In this document: piece by piece, positions 1 to 12,619 of the stretch
Numbering within the stretch: the stretch's first letter is position 1
How the letters are laid out: every line of letters begins with the position of its first letter
From: Octopus vulgaris
Lineage: Eukaryota
NCBI GenBank assembly: GCA_951406725.2
Contig: OX597825.1
Coordinates: 13,392,001 to 13,456,000 of the forward strand
Length of the DNA stretch: 64,000 nucleotides
Direction of reading: 5' to 3'
Position numbers and translations under genes: made by a program
The notes under the pieces: model-generated
Told to the model about the DNA's origin: nothing
Seen by the model: the letters and a program-made list of their open reading frames with translations, nothing else
The model's database searches: none

Positions 1-512
1 ATCAAAGTGGCACTTGGGTACAATTATACGAAGCCCAATGTACCCAACATGACTACCGGTCTGATAAGGGTACACCGGGTACATACATCGCAACCATATG
101 TGCGCGACATGGTGATCAAGATAAACAGCGCATGACCTTGCAGGTAGGGCCCAGTTAGAATTTTCCTGACGTTGAGTAGCCCAACCCGCTCAAAAGGTCC
201 CTGAATAAGGTTGTTTAAAACCCGTGTTTCCAAGGGCTGAATTATTCAAACCCCAAAGAAATCCTCTAAACACATGGTTATGATGCTACCCTACTAATTC
301 TACTCGTGATCAGAGATGCACATATCGTCAGCCACTAAGGAACATGCTCAACTGGTTAAGGTCAAACAAATGACAAGCAAATATGTGGTATTGAGCAGAA
401 TATTTTCTGTAGCCCATCTTTTATACCAAGACAAAACAATGTACATGATAACACTTCCAATCGGTTAAGATCAGAAGCCACGAGAGCCACTGTCTAGTAC
501 TGCATCAGAGCA
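1..512. mobile_element. Unclassified ~545-bp interspersed repeat (truncated by window start), followed by (TTA)n
   Basis: Aligns by eye over its whole length with 61631-62175 (e.g. atcaaagt..cactgggg, gcccagttagaatttt, gtagcccatcttttataccaagacaaaacaatgtacatgataacacttccaatc); both copies end in gcat + (TTA)n. Confidence 0.85.
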
Positions 513-515
513 TTT

Positions 516-607
<92 letters not shown>

Positions 608-999
608 GCTACTAAAGAAAAGAACTTAATTTATTATTGCAATGACGAACCAACGAAAGATCGTACGATCGTATTTCATTGCACACCTGTTAAATTTTGC
701 ATCGGAAGGGCGGAGAAACACTTCACTTGAATACACAGCTATGAAAAAGTTATATTGATTTACATGCACGCATTTATATATTCTTTTCTGGCTCTTAATG
801 TGGCTACACTCGGGTATCTGACTTCAAAGCGCTTTTTTTTTTAAATCGTTTATATCGACCCAAGTAGCCATATACATTTTATCGATCTGTATTCATCTTT
901 GCACAAGGACGAAAAGCTCAGCAAGGCAATTTTCTCCGTCGAACTGACACACATTCGTTTACGTGATAAGTATGTATGCATGCGCATGCGTGTGTATGC

Positions 1000-1465
1000 T
1001 CTTTACTCTCTTACTTGCTTCAGTCATTTGACTGCGGCCATGCTGGAGCACCGCCTTTAGTCGAGCAAATCGACGCCGGGGCTTATTCTTTGTAACCCTA
1101 GTACTAATTCTATCGGTCTCTATTTGCCGAACCGCTAAGTTACGGGTACGTAAATACACTAGCATCGGTTGTCAAGCGATGTTGAGGGTGGGGTACACTT
1201 GCCCAAGGTGCCACTGCGTGGCACCTTGGGCAAGTGTCTTCTGCAATAGCTTCGGGCCGGCCAAAGCCTTGTGAGTGGATTTGGTAGACAGAAACTGAAA
1301 GAAACCCGTCGTATATATGTACATATATATATATATATATAAAAATATATAGAATAAGTACTAGGCTTACAACGAATAAGTCCTTCGGTCGATTTGCTCG
1401 ACTAAAGGCGGTGCTCCAGCATAGCCACAGTCAAAATTATTGAAACAAGTAAAAGAGTAAAAGAT
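1000..1465. mobile_element. Two truncated family-B (CORE-like) SINEs fused head-to-head: - strand 1000-1214, + strand 1218-1465
   Basis: The tail motif ctctttactc..ttcagtcatttgactgcggccatgctggagcaccgcc is on the left and its reverse complement at 1400-1465; the junction palindrome is acacttgcccaaggtgccac-tgc-gtggcaccttgggcaagtgt (1195-1237). Confidence 0.85.
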
Positions 1466-1752
1466 ATATATAATTGTAATGACTGAGGAACTTATAGTCC
1501 TCAGCTCTGAGTGCACAGGTTCTTATAGCAGAAACTGATGTAAGCTAAAGAAGTTGAATATCGAAATCCTATTTTTTTTTGTCATTCATCAATATTACAC
1601 ATTGTTCTCGATTAGCACTATATTCTAAAGCACATATATATTGAGCTGTGACAGCCGGTTATTAGTATCGCGAGGCCTACAGCAAAATCACAGTACACAC
1701 GCATCCTTAGAGACACACACACACGCACACACATATATATATACATACGCAT

Positions 1753-1784
<32 letters not shown>

Positions 1785-2247
1785 CTTTTATTCTTTTGAA
1801 TAAGTATCAGCGGAATTTTCGAAACATATGTAGAAAGTAAAATATTTGTTTAAACCTGCGTTAACTCCATTTTTTATTCATATTATTCAAAATATTCAAC
1901 GTAAACACGAAGTTTCAAACTTTATAAACAAGGAGTTACAACATCTTTACTTGTGAGATTTTTGCTGCCCTGGTAACTATTTATTTATTTTTCCGTGTTA
2001 ATTGTTAACAAGGTAAAATACACTCATCTATTTATATATATATACATGGACTTATATTAAATTCTGTTGGACTTTTGGATTTTACTCAAAGGATATTGGA
2101 ATATTACACATATATACCATTATGCCTATAAAACGGATTTACAAATTCAATACCCATACATATCTTACATCTATTTTCTTTCCTCCACCTCACTCTCTAT
2201 TTGTATCACATCGAAACTAACTATGACTTAATTTTTCCTCTCACACC

Positions 2248-2302
2248 GTCTCCGATGCAGGGATATTATTATTAATTAATATCCTAGAAACAGCTGTAAA
2301 AC
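2248..2302 (+). ncRNA. Degenerate type I hammerhead motif in a probable Penelope-like remnant (~1790-2520)
   Basis: gtct-CCGATGC-ag-ggatatta..taatatcc-ta-GAAAC-agct-GTA-aaac: stem II and the palindromic stem III (acagctgt) are intact, but the core and stem I are mutated. Confidence 0.5.
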
Positions 2303-2892
2303 CTTCTATCTATAAATGCTCCAATATCTATACAGCCTTGGTTTTTTTTATCTCATTACGCAAAAATTCATATACACACATGCTGATATAGAACCAACGT
2401 TGAACCCTTTATTCGCAATATTACGGAACCTGGAACTTAACTATGGTCTGTCTATAGCACTTATTCAGCTTTACCTGACACCTTTGGGTCTCAATGACAC
2501 CATTATCTCTTATATACATACATATATATGAGAGTATGTGTGTGTGTTCGTGTTAGCAAAAAGACCGCCCGCCAGCGGTTCTCTGCCAGCCACTTGGTAA
2601 TATTTCCACATTTGTTTCCCGATTCTAGTAATTCTTATGATATTTTAAGTTTAATTATTTCTTTGTATAATAGTGCTCACTCGCTTAGTAAATATTGCTT
2701 TCGTTATTTTATCACAGTCTTAATCTCTCTATTTTAAACAAACATCAAGGTAGACGTACAACGTGTAGAGTGAAAAAAAAGCCAAAAAACAGCGGCGATC
2801 ACATAAAGATATTTTAATAGTTATGGCGTATAAAACAGCCATAGCAACAGATTCATTTGATAATTCTTAGATAACGACAGAAAGGAAATAAA

Positions 2893-3846
2893 GTCGGCGA
2901 GCTGGCCGAAGCGTGAGCACGCCGGACGAAGTGCTTAGCGGTATTTCGTCTGTCGCTATGTTCTGAGTTCAAATTTCGCCGAGGTCGACTTTGCCTTTCA
3001 TCCTTTCACGGTCGAGAAATTAAGTACCAGTTACGCACTGGGGTCGATGTAATCGACTTAATCCGTTTGTCTGTCCTTTGTTTGTCCCCTCTGTGTTTAG
3101 CCCCTTGTAGGTAGTAAAGAAATGGAATTAGACATTTCGTTTGTCTTTACGTTCTGAGTTCAAATACCACGGAGGTCGACTTTGCCTTTCATCCTTTCGG
3201 GGTCGATTAAATAAGTACCAGTTACGCACTGGTGTCGAAGTAATCGACTTAATCCGTTTGTCTGTCCTTGTTTGTCCCCTCTGTGTTTAGCCCCTTGTAG
3301 GTAGTAAAGAAATAGAAATAGGTATTTCATCTGTCTTTACGTTCTGAGTTCAAATTCCGCCGAGGTCGACTTTGCCTTTCATCCTTTCGGGGTCAATTAA
3401 ATAAGTAACAGTTACGCACTGGTGTCGATGTAATCGACTTAATCCGTTTGTTTGTCCTCTCTGTGTTTAGCTCGTTGTGGGTAGTAAAGAAATAGGTATT
3501 TCGTCTGCCATTACGTTCTGAGTTCAAATTCCGCCGAGGTATACTTTGGCTTTCATCCTTTCATGGTCGATTAAATAAGTACCAGTTACGCACTGGGGTC
3601 GATGTAATCGACTTAATCCGTTTGTCTGTCCTTGTTTGTCCCCTCTGTGTTTAGTCCCTTGTGGGTAATAACGGAATAAGTATTTCGTCTGCCGTTACGT
3701 TCTGAGTTTAAATTCCGCCGAGGTCGACTTTGCCTTTCATCCTTTCGGGGTCGATAAATTTAGTACCAGTTGCGTGCTGGGGTCGATGTAGTCGACTGGC
3801 CCCCTCCCATAAAATTTCGGGCCTTGTGCCTAGAGTAGAAAAGAAT
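2893..3846 (+). mobile_element. Family-A tRNA-derived SINE tandem multimer: head + four ~165-190-bp core/tail-1 units + terminal core/tail-2 unit
   Basis: Head is ggcgagctggccgaagcgtgagcacgccgg. Each unit has a B-box-like gagttcaaattcc, the core gaggtcgactttgcctttcatcctttcggggtcgat..aagtaccagt and the tail ttgtcccctctgtgtttagccccttgt.ggtagtaaagaaat. The last unit ends in aaaatttcgggccttgtgcctagagtagaaaag. Confidence 0.9.
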
Positions 3847-4118
3847 ATATACGAGTATGTTTATGCAGATGCTTGTGTTTAATGATGAAATATATAACTC
3901 ACGTAAACTTTTTTGCGGGTGTGTATACACACACATACACGCATATACATACATACATACATACATACATACATACATACATACATAGATATACATACAT
4001 ACATTCATGCATGCATACATACATAATACATACATACATACATATACATACATACATACATAAACATACATACATACATACATACATACATACATACATA
4101 CATACATACATACATACA

Positions 4119-4151
<33 letters not shown>

Positions 4152-4370
4152 TAATAAATTTTAGGGTAGCAAAAAATTCTAGAAAAATTCTCCGCTACCA
4201 GCAGTCAAGTGAGAAAGAAAAAATAGTCAATAGACAATATAATATACATTCAAACATATAAGGGATGGTTATAATAGGATATCCGACTCACTAGAAAGAG
4301 CAGCTAAACTCCAAACCACTAATAGTTGTAATTCTGAAATGGAAAGAGAAATAAAAACGTTTACCCTCTC

Positions 4371-4466
4371 CTCTCTGGACTATGCATAGTTTCGGCAATC
4401 TTTTTGCAAATAAATTAAATTAAATTAAATTTATTTACCACTGGCGTTGCACTCATCAGCAGAAAA
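4371..4466 (-). ncRNA. Type I hammerhead ribozyme motif (intact core)
   Basis: Minus strand reads ttttctg-CTGATGA-gtgcaa..(AT-rich hairpin)..ttgcc-GAAAC-tatgcata-GTC-cagagag. Stem I is 7 bp with G:U pairs, stem III is the palindrome actatgcatagt, and the cleavage triplet is GUC. Confidence 0.8.
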
Positions 4467-4491
4467 GCCAAGGACTACCATATATTCACGA

Positions 4492-4718
4492 GGCGAGCTG
4501 GCAGAAACTTTAGCGCGCCGGGCGAAATGCTTAGCGGTATTTCGTCTGTCGTTACGTTCTGAGTTCAAATTCCGCCGAGGTCGACTTTGCCTTTCATCTT
4601 TTCGGGGTCGATAAATTAAGTACCAGTTACCCACTGGGGTCGATGTAATCGACTTAATCCGTTTGTATGTCCTTGTTTGACCCCTCTGTGTTTAGCCCCT
4701 TGTGATTAGTAAAGAAAT
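4492..4718 (+). mobile_element. Family-A SINE monomer with 17-bp target-site duplication
   Basis: Full head-core-tail-1 ending in aaagaaat; flanked by atatattcacgaggcga at 4480-4496 and 4719-4735. Confidence 0.92.
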
Positions 4719-5283
4719 ATATATTCACGAGGCGATAACGAGTATGCCTCGAGTCTATATGCTATAAATTTTCAAAATCCACCGCATTCGGTGTACATAC
4801 ATACATACAGACAGACAGACAGACAGACAGAAAAGTAGACAGACAGGTATGCAGACAACCAGATATACATACAGACGGACAGATACATAAAGAAACAAAC
4901 AGACGGGCAGACAACCAAACAGACAGACAGACAGACTGATAGACGGATAGATAGCTGGACATATATAATAGTATATGGTTGGTTTCTTCGACTGACTGTT
5001 TACATAGATTGATAAATAAGTCGGCAGAGAAGACAGATGGTTGCGAGAATAGATGATAAATAGATAGGTAAATATATATTGGAAGGTAGGTGGATATTTC
5101 GGTAGATTCCTTCGAGACAGCTTATCTAAATGCATTGATAAGTAGACAATGAATAGTCATATATATATAAAGATGTATATATATATGTATATCTATATAT
5201 GTGTGTGTGGGTGACAGAGAGAGAGAGAGAGAGAGTGTGTGTGTGTGTGTCTACGTGAGTATGTGCACGTATATATATCTGCA

Positions 5284-5321
<38 letters not shown>

Positions 5322-5398
5322 AATGCGTGTGTGGGGGTATCTATATATATCTACATCTAGATTCATATCTATCTATCTATCTATCTATCTATCTTCCA

Positions 5399-5529
<131 letters not shown>

Positions 5530-5568
5530 TGATTGATAGACATAGACATTCGAGTGTGTATGTGTGTA

Positions 5569-5612
<44 letters not shown>

Positions 5613-5769
5613 GACATACCTATTATATGCATATGCAATGAGCATGCGAATATTCATCCATCCATCCATCCATATATTGCATACTTTAGTACCGCGAGCT
5701 CCAATGTGTCCAAACTTTTTTTACAGCTGATAACACAATTTTTTTTTTATTATTTAATTTTAGATCAAA

Positions 5770-7100
5770 TTCTGAAGCGTTGTCAACGGGAAACTTATAT
5801 TCCAAGACTAAACCAGACTCTCAGTGAAGATTATTGAAATCGAAGAGTGCAGATGGGAATGATACTTGTTAAGAAATGTAGAAGATTCGTACTTTCTAGA
5901 AAAGATTGACTGGAGTGACGAAACCACATTGAAATCAAATAGCTCAATTAGCCACCATAATTGCACCTTCTAGAGTGCTGAGAATTTCAGAGGGCCGCCA
6001 TGTTAAGTTACCATTCTGTAGTTTATCATCAAAACGATTGACTGGTGATTTTATTTATTTATTTTTTTTTTTACTGTAATCTGACCAGCTCCGTTTACTT
6101 GAAGTTGCTGCGACATTGTGTCATGCTGACCATTCAAGAGAATTCGAAGATGTGGAGTTTTATTTCCAGCAAGTTCGGGCAACTCCACAGTACCCTGCAA
6201 ACATATGAGGCTACAAAGGCGGCGAACTGGCAGAAACGTTAGCACGCCGGGCGAAATGCGTAGCCGTATTTCGTCTGCCGCTAACGTCCTGAGTTCAAAT
6301 TCCGCCGAGGTCGACTTTGCCTTTTATCCTTTCGGGGGACCATTAAATAAGTACCAGTTACGCACTGGGGTCGATGTAATCGACTTAATCCGTTTGTCTG
6401 TCTTTGTTTGTCCCCTCTGTGTTTAGCCCCTTGTGGGTAGTAGAGAAATAGGTATTTCGTCTGCCGTTACGTTCTGAGTTCAAATTCCGCCGATGTCGAC
6501 TTTGCCTTTCATCCTTTCGGGGTCGATAAATTAAGTACCATTTACGCACTGGGGTCGATATAATCGGCTTAATCCATTTGTCTGTCCTTGTTTGTCCCCT
6601 CTATGCTTAGCCCCTTGTGGGCAATAAAGAAATAAGAAATGTTTACACGCCGGACGAAATGCTTAGCAGTATTTCGTCTGTCTTTACGTTCTGAGTTAAA
6701 ATTCCGCCGAGGTCGACTTTGCCTTTCATTCTTTCGTTTCGGGGCCAATAAATAAATACCGGTTTCGTACTAGGGTCGATCTAATCGACTGGTTCCCTCT
6801 CCAAAAATTTCGGACCTTGTGCCTAGGTTAGAAAGAATATTTGAGACTACATTCATGATATTTTTTTGTCAAACAAGGTGAACTGAATGAAGAAATTCAG
6901 TAGAATCCCCACCGCGTGCATATACCTCACACCACTAGGCTTTTGTTTTTAGATTTAAGGAATCTAAAACGATGAATTATACGACATAAACCGGCAAGTT
7001 TCGATGAAGTGAAACCATTATTGATTCGATGTTTCGATGAATTGAAACCATTCGATCAATTGAAAGCCATTAAAAACGAACGCACACAAATACTGAACAA
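5770..7100 (+). pseudogene. Decayed Tc1/mariner-superfamily transposase, interrupted by the SINE array at 6218-6838
   Basis: Broken translation: LKRCQRETYIPRLNQTLSED*NRRVQ..FLEKIDWSDETTLKSNSSISHHNCTF (WSDE first catalytic-Asp motif). After the SINE, tcagtagaatcccccaccgcgtgcatatacctcacaccactaggcttttg resembles the PPRSPDLTPLDF motif. Confidence 0.7.
6218..6838 (+). mobile_element. Family-A SINE trimer
   Basis: Head ggcggcgaactggcagaaacgttagcacgccgggcg, two tail-1 units, final unit with tail-2 (aaaatttcggaccttgtgcctaggttagaaag). Confidence 0.9.
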
Positions 7101-7193
7101 AATGCTTACGATTCCATTGTTTGAAGTTATTAGCAGCGCCTCCAATCAGAACAGTCATCGGTTTAAAATCAGGAGTTCATTACTATAATTAAT

Positions 7194-7634
7194 GGATCTT
7201 TTCGATTTGAACGGCAGTTTTTAAAAAATAATTTCCACGTAACTAAACACTTTTAAACTTCGTATACTGGTAAAATGTGTTTATAAAACATCTTTTTCTC
7301 TTGGCTTTTTTGAGAAAATTCTATAGTTTGTAAGATATTTGTTCTTGTTTTTCTTCAATTTCTGCAATTTCAACCAATCAATGTCGTCTATTGAGGTAAA
7401 AAAAAACATTCTGTGCCGTATGAATATGTCCCTCGTTTAAGAAACAGATTGGGTTTATTTACATTTGTGAAGAAAAAAAGATACCCTTCCCCCACCCCTA
7501 ACCCTAACTAACTCTAACCAACCCTAACCTTAAAACAGATTGAAATGCAATAGATCGATACTAGGGTCATAATTATGGGTGACAATTTCATATGACACCG
7601 CTAGAAAAAACTGCCGTTCAAACCGAAAAGATCC
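7194..7634. mobile_element. MITE with ~28-bp TIRs (GGATCTTTTCG..), probable 8-bp TSD, internal (CCCTAA)-like repeats
   Basis: ggatcttttcgatttgaacggcagttttt at 7194 and aaaaaactgccgttcaaaccgaaaagatcc ending at 7634; flanks are taattaat / taattaaa; a second partial copy lies at 42116-42255. Confidence 0.9.
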
Positions 7635-7946
7635 TAATTAAATTTTGTCTGTACATTCTATTAGACTTTGAAAAGAAAAGGTATTTGAATAAACATTCAA
7701 TACATGTCTACATATGTTTGGTAGACTCGTCTCCTAACGTCTGATGTAAAAGGATGTGTCCAACACGCCTAGGAAACTTTCAGTCAAGTGGAGATAAGCC
7801 AAGAGTGTTATTATAAATATACGTAATTCCGACCAAATGTGTTGAATGCTACTTTCTTTCGTTTGTCCACACACTCAAGAATACGAGTGTATGTGTGTGT
7901 GTGTTTGTGTATGTTATATATACATACATGTACATACACACGTATA

Positions 7947-8148
7947 CAGAGTTCGCTAAAATAACGTATACACACTTTAGGAAAGGAAAAAATCTGTATA
8001 AATATTTTAATTCAGTGTTATTGCAATATATTCAGTGCTGATAAAACATGGAAAGCGGTGTCTATATTTATAGAGGTATCTACACAAGTTAAATATTTAC
8101 ACAGATTTTTTCCTTTCCTCAAGTGTGTATACACTTTTGGCGTGGACT
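7947..8148. mobile_element. Tc1/mariner-type MITE with ~55-bp imperfect TIRs in TA context
   Basis: gtatacacactttaggaaaggaaaaaatctgtataaatatttt versus aaatatttacacagattttttcctttcctcaagtgtgtatac; TA flanks. Confidence 0.7.
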
Positions 8149-8165
8149 ATATATATATATATATA

Positions 8166-8321
8166 TGGATCTTTCCTTTTCCTATGTTTCTGATGAAGAG
8201 CTCCGCTCGAAACGTTAAACTCTCCTTCTTCCCTTCCTTCCTGAGCGTCCAATAACACTATACTTGTTCCACGTCCTCGCATTGTTGTGTTTTCTCTTTG
8301 TGTTTTCATGTTCGGATTAAC

Positions 8322-8322
<1 letters not shown>
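8166..8322 (+). mobile_element. Short hammerhead-bearing element (Penelope-like solo terminal repeat, family P1) in (TA)n
   Basis: Near-identical to 40954-41107; contains the hammerhead at 8186-8220; ends in ggattaac+(TA)n. Confidence 0.75.
8186..8220 (+). ncRNA. Minimal type I hammerhead ribozyme motif
   Basis: gttt-CTGATGA-a-gagc-tcc-gctc-GAAAC-GTT-aaac: canonical core, 4-bp stems I and II, stem III reduced to the palindrome ACGT as described for Penelope-associated hammerheads. Confidence 0.75.
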
Positions 8323-8401
<79 letters not shown>

Positions 8402-8477
8402 TATAATTAAGGAGAGGAGAAAGCAAATTCGATTTCAGTAATCTTCACTGAGAGTCTGGTTTAGTCTTGGAATATAG

Positions 8478-8918
8478 GAACGTAAAGACAGACAAAATAC
8501 CCATTTCTTTACTACCCGCAAGGAGGCTAAACACAGAGAGGACAAACAAGGACAGACAAAGGGATTAAGTCGATTACATCGACCCCAGTGCGTAACTGGT
8601 ACTTATTTAATCGACCCCGAAAGGATGAAAGGCAAAGTCGACCTCAGCGGAATTTGAACTCAGAACATAAGGACAGACGAAATGCCTATTTCTTTACTAC
8701 CCACAAGGGGCTAAACACAGAGAGGACAAACAAGGACAGACAAACTGATTAAGTCGATTATATCGACCCCAGTGCTTAACTGGTACTTAACTTATCGACC
8801 CCGAAAGGATGAAAGGCAAAGTCGACCTCGGCGGAATTTGAACTCAGAACGTAACGGCAGACGAAATACTGCTAAGCATTTTCGCCCGGCGTGCTGACGA
8901 TTCTGCCAGCTCGCCGTC
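8478..8918 (-). mobile_element. Family-A SINE dimer plus partial third unit
   Basis: Reverse complement of the head (ctgccagctcgcc) at ~8903-8915 and two core/tail-1 units. Confidence 0.9.
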
Positions 8919-9057
8919 TTATATTTCTCTGCAGTCCCACATAATCCAAAACCGTAACGTGTCATTCACACCCAATTGTACCTCAACGACAATTCCACCG
9001 CCAACACATTACACCATGCCGCCTTCTCATGGCATTCCACTATGACACACCCTACAC

Positions 9058-9113
<56 letters not shown>

Positions 9114-9292
9114 GCGCGCGCGCATTTACCATCCTGTACCATCGTAACCATCCCATATCGTCCCACACTGTAATACATCGTAATTTCCTGGCATTTTGTA
9201 AGAATCAGTTTTGAACTCTGAGAATGGGAGAGGTGATGCAGCAATGTCGCCACAACCAGAACAGCACGACGATGACGAAGAAAACGATGCTA

Positions 9293-9324
<32 letters not shown>

Positions 9325-9919
9325 GGTTTTGGTGGTGGTGATAGGTGGCATGCGGAATCGCGAAACTGTGAATGACAACGAAGGATTCTCCCGTCTTAAA
9401 TAAACATATAAGATTCCTTCATATTGAATACCGTTTCCTTCTTCCGTAACTTTAAACTCATGTAGACACGCACACGCGCGCTCACTCAAACTCATTCCTA
9501 TATATCTATGGGCCAAAAGTATTGAATCAAAAACATCTAACCCTTTTAATTCAATCTTTTTCTCTTGTCGCCACATAAACTCTATATTTTTAATGGGGGG
9601 GGGGGGGAGATAACACAATTTTTTAATGGGAATATTTTAATGGGGCTGAGATAACTAAAAAGCAACCAACACTTTCACTAACAACGCGGATTCACCAACA
9701 TCAGCCTCCAATCATGCATATTATCAATATCAGGGAAACTGCCGCCACCGACATCAGCATCATCGCCAACGTTGCAGCCAACATTAGCACCGCCACCACC
9801 ACCATTGCCACCGCCGACACCACCATAGTCATCATCATCATCATCATCATCATTCTCACAACTTAAGCCTTTCAAATGGCATCGATTCAGGGCCTCGGGT
9901 ATCATCATCCATTTGCAAA

Positions 9920-10320
9920 ACAAACACGTACACACGCACCTACACACACGTACTCTCACACACACATACGTACTCACACACATACGTACTCACACACACA
10001 CGTACTCATACCCATGCACACACACATACACACGCACACACGTACTCACACACGTGCACATACGTACTCACACACACACATGTACTCACACACGCACACA
10101 CACACACACACCTACACACACGTACTCACACACACACACGTACCCCCACACACGCACACACACACACACGTGCAGATACGTACTCACACACACACACGTG
10201 CAGATACGTACTCACACACACACACGTGCAGATACGTACTCACACACACACATGTACTCACACACTCACACACACACACACACCTACACACACGTACTCA
10301 CACACACACACACACACACG
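9920..10320. repeat. CA-derived minisatellite (cacacacgtactcacac / gtgcagatacgtactc variants)
   Basis: Repeated cgtactca motif separated by (CA)n runs. Confidence 0.85.
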
Positions 10321-10384
10321 AAAAATGCAGGAAACACGTTCAGAAAAAATTTTTAAATGCGTCAAAATTTTACTTTTTAATATT

Positions 10385-10789
10385 CTCTTTTACTCTTTTA
10401 CTTGTTTCAGTCATTTGACTGCGGCCATGCTGGAGCACCGCCTTTAGTCGAGCAAATCGACCCCGGGACTTATTCTTTGTAAGCCCAGTACTTATTCTAT
10501 CGGTCTCTTTTGCCGAACCGCCAAGTAACGGGGACATAAACACACCAGCATCGGTTGTCAAGCAATGCTAGGGGGACAAACACAGACACACAAACACACA
10601 CACACACACATACATATATATATATACGACAGGCTTCTTTCAATTTCTGTCTACCAAATCCACTCACAAGGCATTGGTCGGCCCGGGGCTATAGCAGAAG
10701 ACACTTGCCCAAGATGCCACGCAGTGGGACTGAACCCGGAACCATGTGGTTGTTTAGCAAGCTACTTACCACACAGCCACTCCTGCGCC
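10385..10789 (-). mobile_element. Full-length family-B SINE (tRNA head, CORE-like gcaccttgggcaagtgtc, internal microsatellite, tail)
   Basis: Reverse complement of ggcgcaggagtggctgtgtggtaagtagcttgc..ggttccgggttcagtccc; internal (TA)/(TG) tract; tail ..gactgaaacaagtaaaagag. Confidence 0.92.
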
Positions 10790-10900
10790 TATATATACAA
10801 ATAATTATGAGGAATTAAAACGAATTTAACTTCCAAGCATAATTGAAGAATAATTTTATTCTGTGCGTTTATAAGAACGGAAAATTAAAATATAAAGATA

Positions 10901-11255
10901 TAGGTGTAGGAGTGGCTGTGTGTTAAGTAGCTTGCTTACGAACCACATGGTTCCGGGTTCATTCCCACTGCATAGCACCTTGGGCAACTGTCTTCTACTA
11001 TAGCCTAGGCCGGCCAAAGACTTGTGAGTGGATTTGGGAGACGGAAACTGAAAGAAGCCTGTTGTATATATGTATATATATATTATGCGTGTGTGTATGT
11101 GTGTCTGTGTGTCTGTGTTTGTCCCTCCAATATCGCTTGACAACCGATGCTGGTGTGTTTACGTCTCCTAACGTAACGGTTCGGCAAAAGCGACGGGTAG
11201 AATAAATACTAGGCTTACAAACAATACGTCTGAAACAAGTAAAAGACTAAAAGTG
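10901..11255 (+). mobile_element. Family-B SINE, head-to-head with 10385-10789
   Basis: ggtgtaggagtggctgtgtgttaagtagcttgc..ggttccgggttcattccc..; tail partly deleted. Confidence 0.9.
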
Positions 11256-11274
11256 TGTATATATATATATATAT

Positions 11275-11890
<616 letters not shown>

Positions 11891-12090
11891 TATCGTTATT
11901 ATTTAAAAAAGTTTGATTTGGTTCAAGGCGACTTAAAGTATCCTAGCAGAAACCGAGCTCCTCCTTCAGGGTCAGATTACCGGAGCCCGCGATACTTTAA
12001 GTTGCATAGAGCCGAATATGATTACTTTAAATAATAATAGACGTAACTCCTTGAAAATGAGTCGAGTATTTTTTCCTTCCCACTTGTCCA

Positions 12091-12246
12091 AGGCGTAGCT
12101 GAGTGGTAAGAAGCTTGCTCCCCAACCACATGGTTCCGAGTTCAGTCCCACTGCATGGCACCTTGGGCAAGTGCCTTCTTCTATAGCCTCTGGCCAAACA
12201 AGGCTTGTAAGTGGATTTGGAAGACAGAAACTGAAAGAAGCCCGTC

Positions 12247-12341
<95 letters not shown>

Positions 12342-12357
12342 TGTATGTATGTATGTA

Positions 12358-12394
<37 letters not shown>

Positions 12395-12619
12395 TTGTGT
12401 GTCTGATTTTTGCCCCCACCATCGTTTGACAACAGATGCTGGTGTGTTTATGTCCCCGTAATCCAGCGGTTCGAAAAAAGACACACCCGATATAATAAGT
12501 ACTAGGCTTACAAAGAATAAGTCCTGGTGGGGTGGGGTTCTAGTTATTCCACTAAAAGGCGGACATACTCCAGCATGGCCGTAGTCAAATGACTGAAGCA
12601 TGTAAAAGCGTATAAAGGA

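Noticed and set aside
1503-1546. Further hammerhead-like traces (also ~7737-7790, ~32684-32702, ~38817-38830, ~53631-53705)
   Set aside because: GAAAC..GTH halves are present but the cores or stems are too degenerate to call; at most fossils of the same element class.
2893-3846. Regularly repeated units suggestive of a CRISPR array
   Set aside because: Eukaryotic context; whole ~170-bp units repeat with no unique spacers; these are SINE multimers.
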